Of a DNA stretch of 64,000 nucleotides, positions 61,711-64,000 are shown piece by piece; position 1 is the stretch's first letter; each line of letters starts with the position of its first letter. Below the pieces are notes generated by a model. The model worked only from the letters and a program-made list of their open reading frames with translations. It did no database searches and had not been told where the DNA came from. A program made the translations under genes and the position numbers. The stretch spans positions 41,666 through 105,665 of the forward strand of contig JAZRZM010000009.1 of assembly GCA_045601385.1 (NCBI GenBank), given 5' to 3'. This DNA is from Clostridia bacterium (GTDB taxonomy: Bacteria > Bacillota > Clostridia > Christensenellales > DTU072).

Positions 61711-61795
61711 AGCGTTACTCTTTTTTGTAATCAATAAATAACGGTCGTCCGTTGCCCTCTTACGTCTTTTTTGTCTTAAAAGAGGAGGTCAATTT

Positions 61796-63184
61796 ATGGA
61801 TGAAGAAATTATTTTTTCATTGCTTGAACAAAAGAATTTCAAGGAATTGAAGCCCATCCTTGCCGAAATGAACGGCGCGGACGTGGCGCAGGTTCTCGCT
61901 GACGTCAGCGAGACGGATTTGCCCATTGTCTTTCGGCTTTTGCCCAAAGATCTTGCCGCGGAAACTTTCGTCGAGATGGACAGCGACATGCAGGAGTCGC
62001 TTGTCAGACGTTTTTCCGATAAAGAATTAAAGCAGATCGTCGAAGAACTGTACGTAGACGACGCCGTCGATCTGATCGAAGAAATGCCGGCGAGCCTTGT
62101 CAGAAGAATTTTGCAACAAGCCGATCCGGAAACGCGCAAAGAAATCAACGCGATTTTGCAATACCCCGACGACAGCGCCGGGTCGATTATGACGACCGAG
62201 TACGTTTGTCTCAACGAGCAAATGACCGTCGAAGAGAGTTTTGCCCGTATCCGCGCCACCGGCGTCGATAAAGAGACGATCTATACCTGCTATGTCATCG
62301 ACGAGTGCCGCCGACTGAAAGGACTCGTCACCGTCAAAGATCTTTTGCTTCATTCGTACGAAACGAAAATAGAAGATATTATGGAGACGAACGTCATCTA
62401 TATCGAAACGCACGCCGACCGCGAAGACGCGGCGAGGATGTTCGATAAGTACTCTTTCCTTGCTATGCCCGTCGTCGATAAAGAAGTCAGGCTCGTCGGT
62501 ATCATCACCATCGACGACGCTATGGACGTCCTTACCGAAGAAGCGAGCGAAGATATCACGAAGATATCCGCTATCTCCTCCAAAGCGGCGGAAAAACCCT
62601 ATTTCAAGCAAACGACCTGGGATATCTACCGCTCCCGCATTATTTGGCTTGCTATCCTGATGCTCAGTTCCACTTTTTCGGGTATGGTCATCACGGCAAA
62701 CGAGCGCACGCTCACTTATTCCGCCTACGCTACCTTGCTTACCGCATGTATTCCCATGATAACGGGTACGGGCGGAAACTCGGGCAGTCAGGCATCCGTT
62801 TCCGTCATTCGGGGTATCGCATTGGGCGAAATCGAGTTCAAAGACATATTCAAAGTCATGTGGAAAGAATTCCGCGCGTCTCTTCTGATCGGCTTGACGC
62901 TCGGCATTATCTGCTTTCTGAAACTCATTCTCGTCAACGGCATCCTGACCGTCGATTACGGCGCGGGTAACAGCAGCGGCGTGCTTGTCGGTCTGACCAT
63001 TTGCGGCACGGTCGCGCTGACCGTCGTCATCAGCAAAATCATCGGCTGTATCCTGCCCTTGCTTGCAAAAAAATGCAAACTCGATCCCGCCGTCGTCGCC
63101 AGTCCCTTTATCTCCACCATCATCGACACCGTCTCCCTGCTGATCTACTGCGGCTTGTCTATGCTGATTTTGGCAAACGTCTGA
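61796..63184 (+). CDS. mgtE: magnesium transporter MgtE
   Basis: MgtE N-domain, tandem CBS region, and a TM domain with the signature GTGGNSGSQAS. AGAGGAGG RBS. Confidence 0.95.
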   Translation: MDEEIIFSLLEQKNFKELKPILAEMNGADVAQVLADVSETDLPIVFRLLPKDLAAETFVEMDSDMQESLVRRFSDKELKQIVEELYVDDAVDLIEEMPASLVRRILQQADPETRKEINAILQYPDDSAGSIMTTEYVCLNEQMTVEESFARIRATGVDKETIYTCYVIDECRRLKGLVTVKDLLLHSYETKIEDIMETNVIYIETHADREDAARMFDKYSFLAMPVVDKEVRLVGIITIDDAMDVLTEEASEDITKISAISSKAAEKPYFKQTTWDIYRSRIIWLAILMLSSTFSGMVITANERTLTYSAYATLLTACIPMITGTGGNSGSQASVSVIRGIALGEIEFKDIFKVMWKEFRASLLIGLTLGIICFLKLILVNGILTVDYGAGNSSGVLVGLTICGTVALTVVISKIIGCILPLLAKKCKLDPAVVASPFISTIIDTVSLLIYCGLSMLILANV

Positions 63185-63193
63185 TTTTTTTAT

Positions 63194-63222
63194 CCCCACA
63201 AAATGCGGTGCATTTTGTGGGG
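63194..63222. repeat. perfect 13-bp inverted repeat (hairpin) directly after mgtE
   Basis: CCCCACAAAATGC-GGT-GCATTTTGTGGGG. No downstream T-tract, so it is not a canonical terminator. Confidence 0.8.
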
Positions 63223-63237
63223 AGCCCCGATATTATG

Positions 63238-63960
63238 TCCCAAAAAACGCAAGCCGTTTTTCGGGGAGCCCGTGCTTTTGCGCCCTTTGTCAAAAGGGAG
63301 AGCGTCTGCGCCTAAAAGCGTAAGCGATGGCGCGGAGAGGGTTTTCCCGAGACAAAACTATGCCAAGCGGTATGATATTTACAGCATAAAGCGGACTTCT
63401 TTCTCGTTAAAAACCCCCATTCCCAAAACGTAGACGTTTTGGCAATCAAGCCCCCTTTTGAGAAAGGGTGTAAATTTGCCCCAAAAAACGCAAGCCGTTT
63501 TTCGGGGAACCCCGTGCTTTTGCGCCCTTTGTCAAAAGGGAGATCGTCTGCCGACCTTGGTCGAGAGAGAGGGTTTTCCACGAGATAAAACTACGGCAAG
63601 CGGTATGATTGATTATTCCTTACATAAAAAAAGGTTCTTTCTCGCTAAAAACCCCCATTTTTCGTCGTAAACTCCGAAAAATCAAGCCCCCTTTTGAAAA
63701 GGGTGTAAAAACAAGTGTTTTCTCATTAAAAACCCCCATTTTTCGTCGCTCGCGTCTCGGGGAGTCCGTGCTTTTGCGCCCTTTGTCAAAAGGGAGAGCG
63801 TCCGGAGCGGAGCGAGGGAGAGGGTTTTCCACGCGATAAAACTGTGCCAAACGGTATGATATTTACAGCATAAATCAGACTTTTTTCCCGTTAAAAACCC
63901 CCATTCCCAAAACGCTTACGTTTTGGCAATCAAGCCCCCTTTTGAGAAAGGGTGTAAGTC
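63238..63960. repeat. three tandem ~245-bp hairpin-rich direct repeats (array continues to the window edge)
   Basis: The core GTGCTTTTGCGCCCTTTGTCAAAAGGGAG recurs at 63272, 63514 and 63768. The flanking blocks (AAAAACGCAAGCCGTTTTTCGGGGA, AGGGTTTTCC, AAAAACCCCCATT, CAAGCCCCCTTTTGA.AAGGGTGTAA) recur in the same order. Confidence 0.85.
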
Positions 63961-64000
63961 AATTTTGGGGTTTATTATCGGGGCTCCCGGAAAAATCGTC

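Noticed and set aside
61590-61795. M-box (ykoK) Mg2+ riboswitch expected upstream of mgtE
   Set aside because: The conserved M-box strings I remember (GUUAGGUGAGGCU..., ...GUGCUAAAGCUC...) are absent and the predicted helices do not fit. I kept it as an unexplained leader, and a covariance-model scan is still needed.
63203-63839. Three 70-76-aa ORFs (63203-63433, 63458-63670, 63609-63839) and minus-strand ORFs inside the repeat array
   Set aside because: The frames differ between otherwise homologous repeat units. The products are Lys/Arg/Pro-rich and low-complexity, and there is no SD. They are most likely by-products of the repeat sequence.
63238-63960. Possible CRISPR array, because a ~29-nt motif recurs three times
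   Set aside because: The recurrence period is about 245 bp rather than about 60-75 bp, and the intervening sequence is itself repeated in the same order. There are no unique spacers and no cas genes in the window. It is a long tandem repeat, not a CRISPR array.

Overview
The 64 kb window looks like chromosomal DNA from a Firmicutes/Clostridia-type anaerobe. That placement is an inference from gene content: GRE plus activase, TrkAH, SipS-type signal peptidase, a YolD/Y-family polymerase pair, a dockerin, and BspA-type LRR surface proteins. I support about 45 protein-coding genes. I saw no rRNA, tRNA, CRISPR array, transposase, integrase or prophage genes. All calls rest on by-eye motif reading of the supplied ORF track and the DNA; no searches were run. 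Layout, left to right: (1) a translationally coupled aldo/keto reductase, glycyl-radical enzyme and activase operon; (2) trkA-trkH; (3) a tightly coupled four-gene cassette of a 1220-aa SF1 Upf1/DNA2-like helicase, a Ser/Thr kinase with zinc ribbon, a vWA protein fused to a 4Fe-4S ferredoxin domain, and a PP2C phosphatase. This cassette is a TerY-P-like phospho-triad joined to a helicase, and it is my best candidate for an undescribed conflict/defence system; (4) GTP-dependent PEP carboxykinase; (5) a cytoplasmic glycoside-processing cluster (GH78 rhamnosidase, three Gfo/Idh/MocA oxidoreductases, a GNAT, two alkaline-phosphatase-superfamily paralogs) followed by a heterodimeric ABC exporter; (6) minus-strand accessory genes (TPR protein, esterase, GPH-type transporter, LRR lipoprotein, lipase-like lipoprotein, and a 2809-aa surface lipoprotein with His/Cys modules, two LRR blocks, about 28 Tyr-rich repeats and a Big_2 domain); (7) mnmA, an EamA transporter, a GH27 alpha-galactosidase with an inserted beta-sandwich, and a CE4 deacetylase; (8) an operon of a dockerin-bearing M6-type metalloprotease, a lipoprotein, an unknown protein and signal peptidase I; (9) YolD-like protein plus Y-family polymerase; (10) mgtE behind a ~200-nt leader that carries a strongly SD-preceded 28-codon ORF and is not a recognisable M-box; (11) an unexplained array of three ~245-bp hairpin-rich tandem repeats that runs to the window edge. 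Several consensus or near-consensus sigma-70 promoters and intrinsic terminators can be read directly from the sequence.
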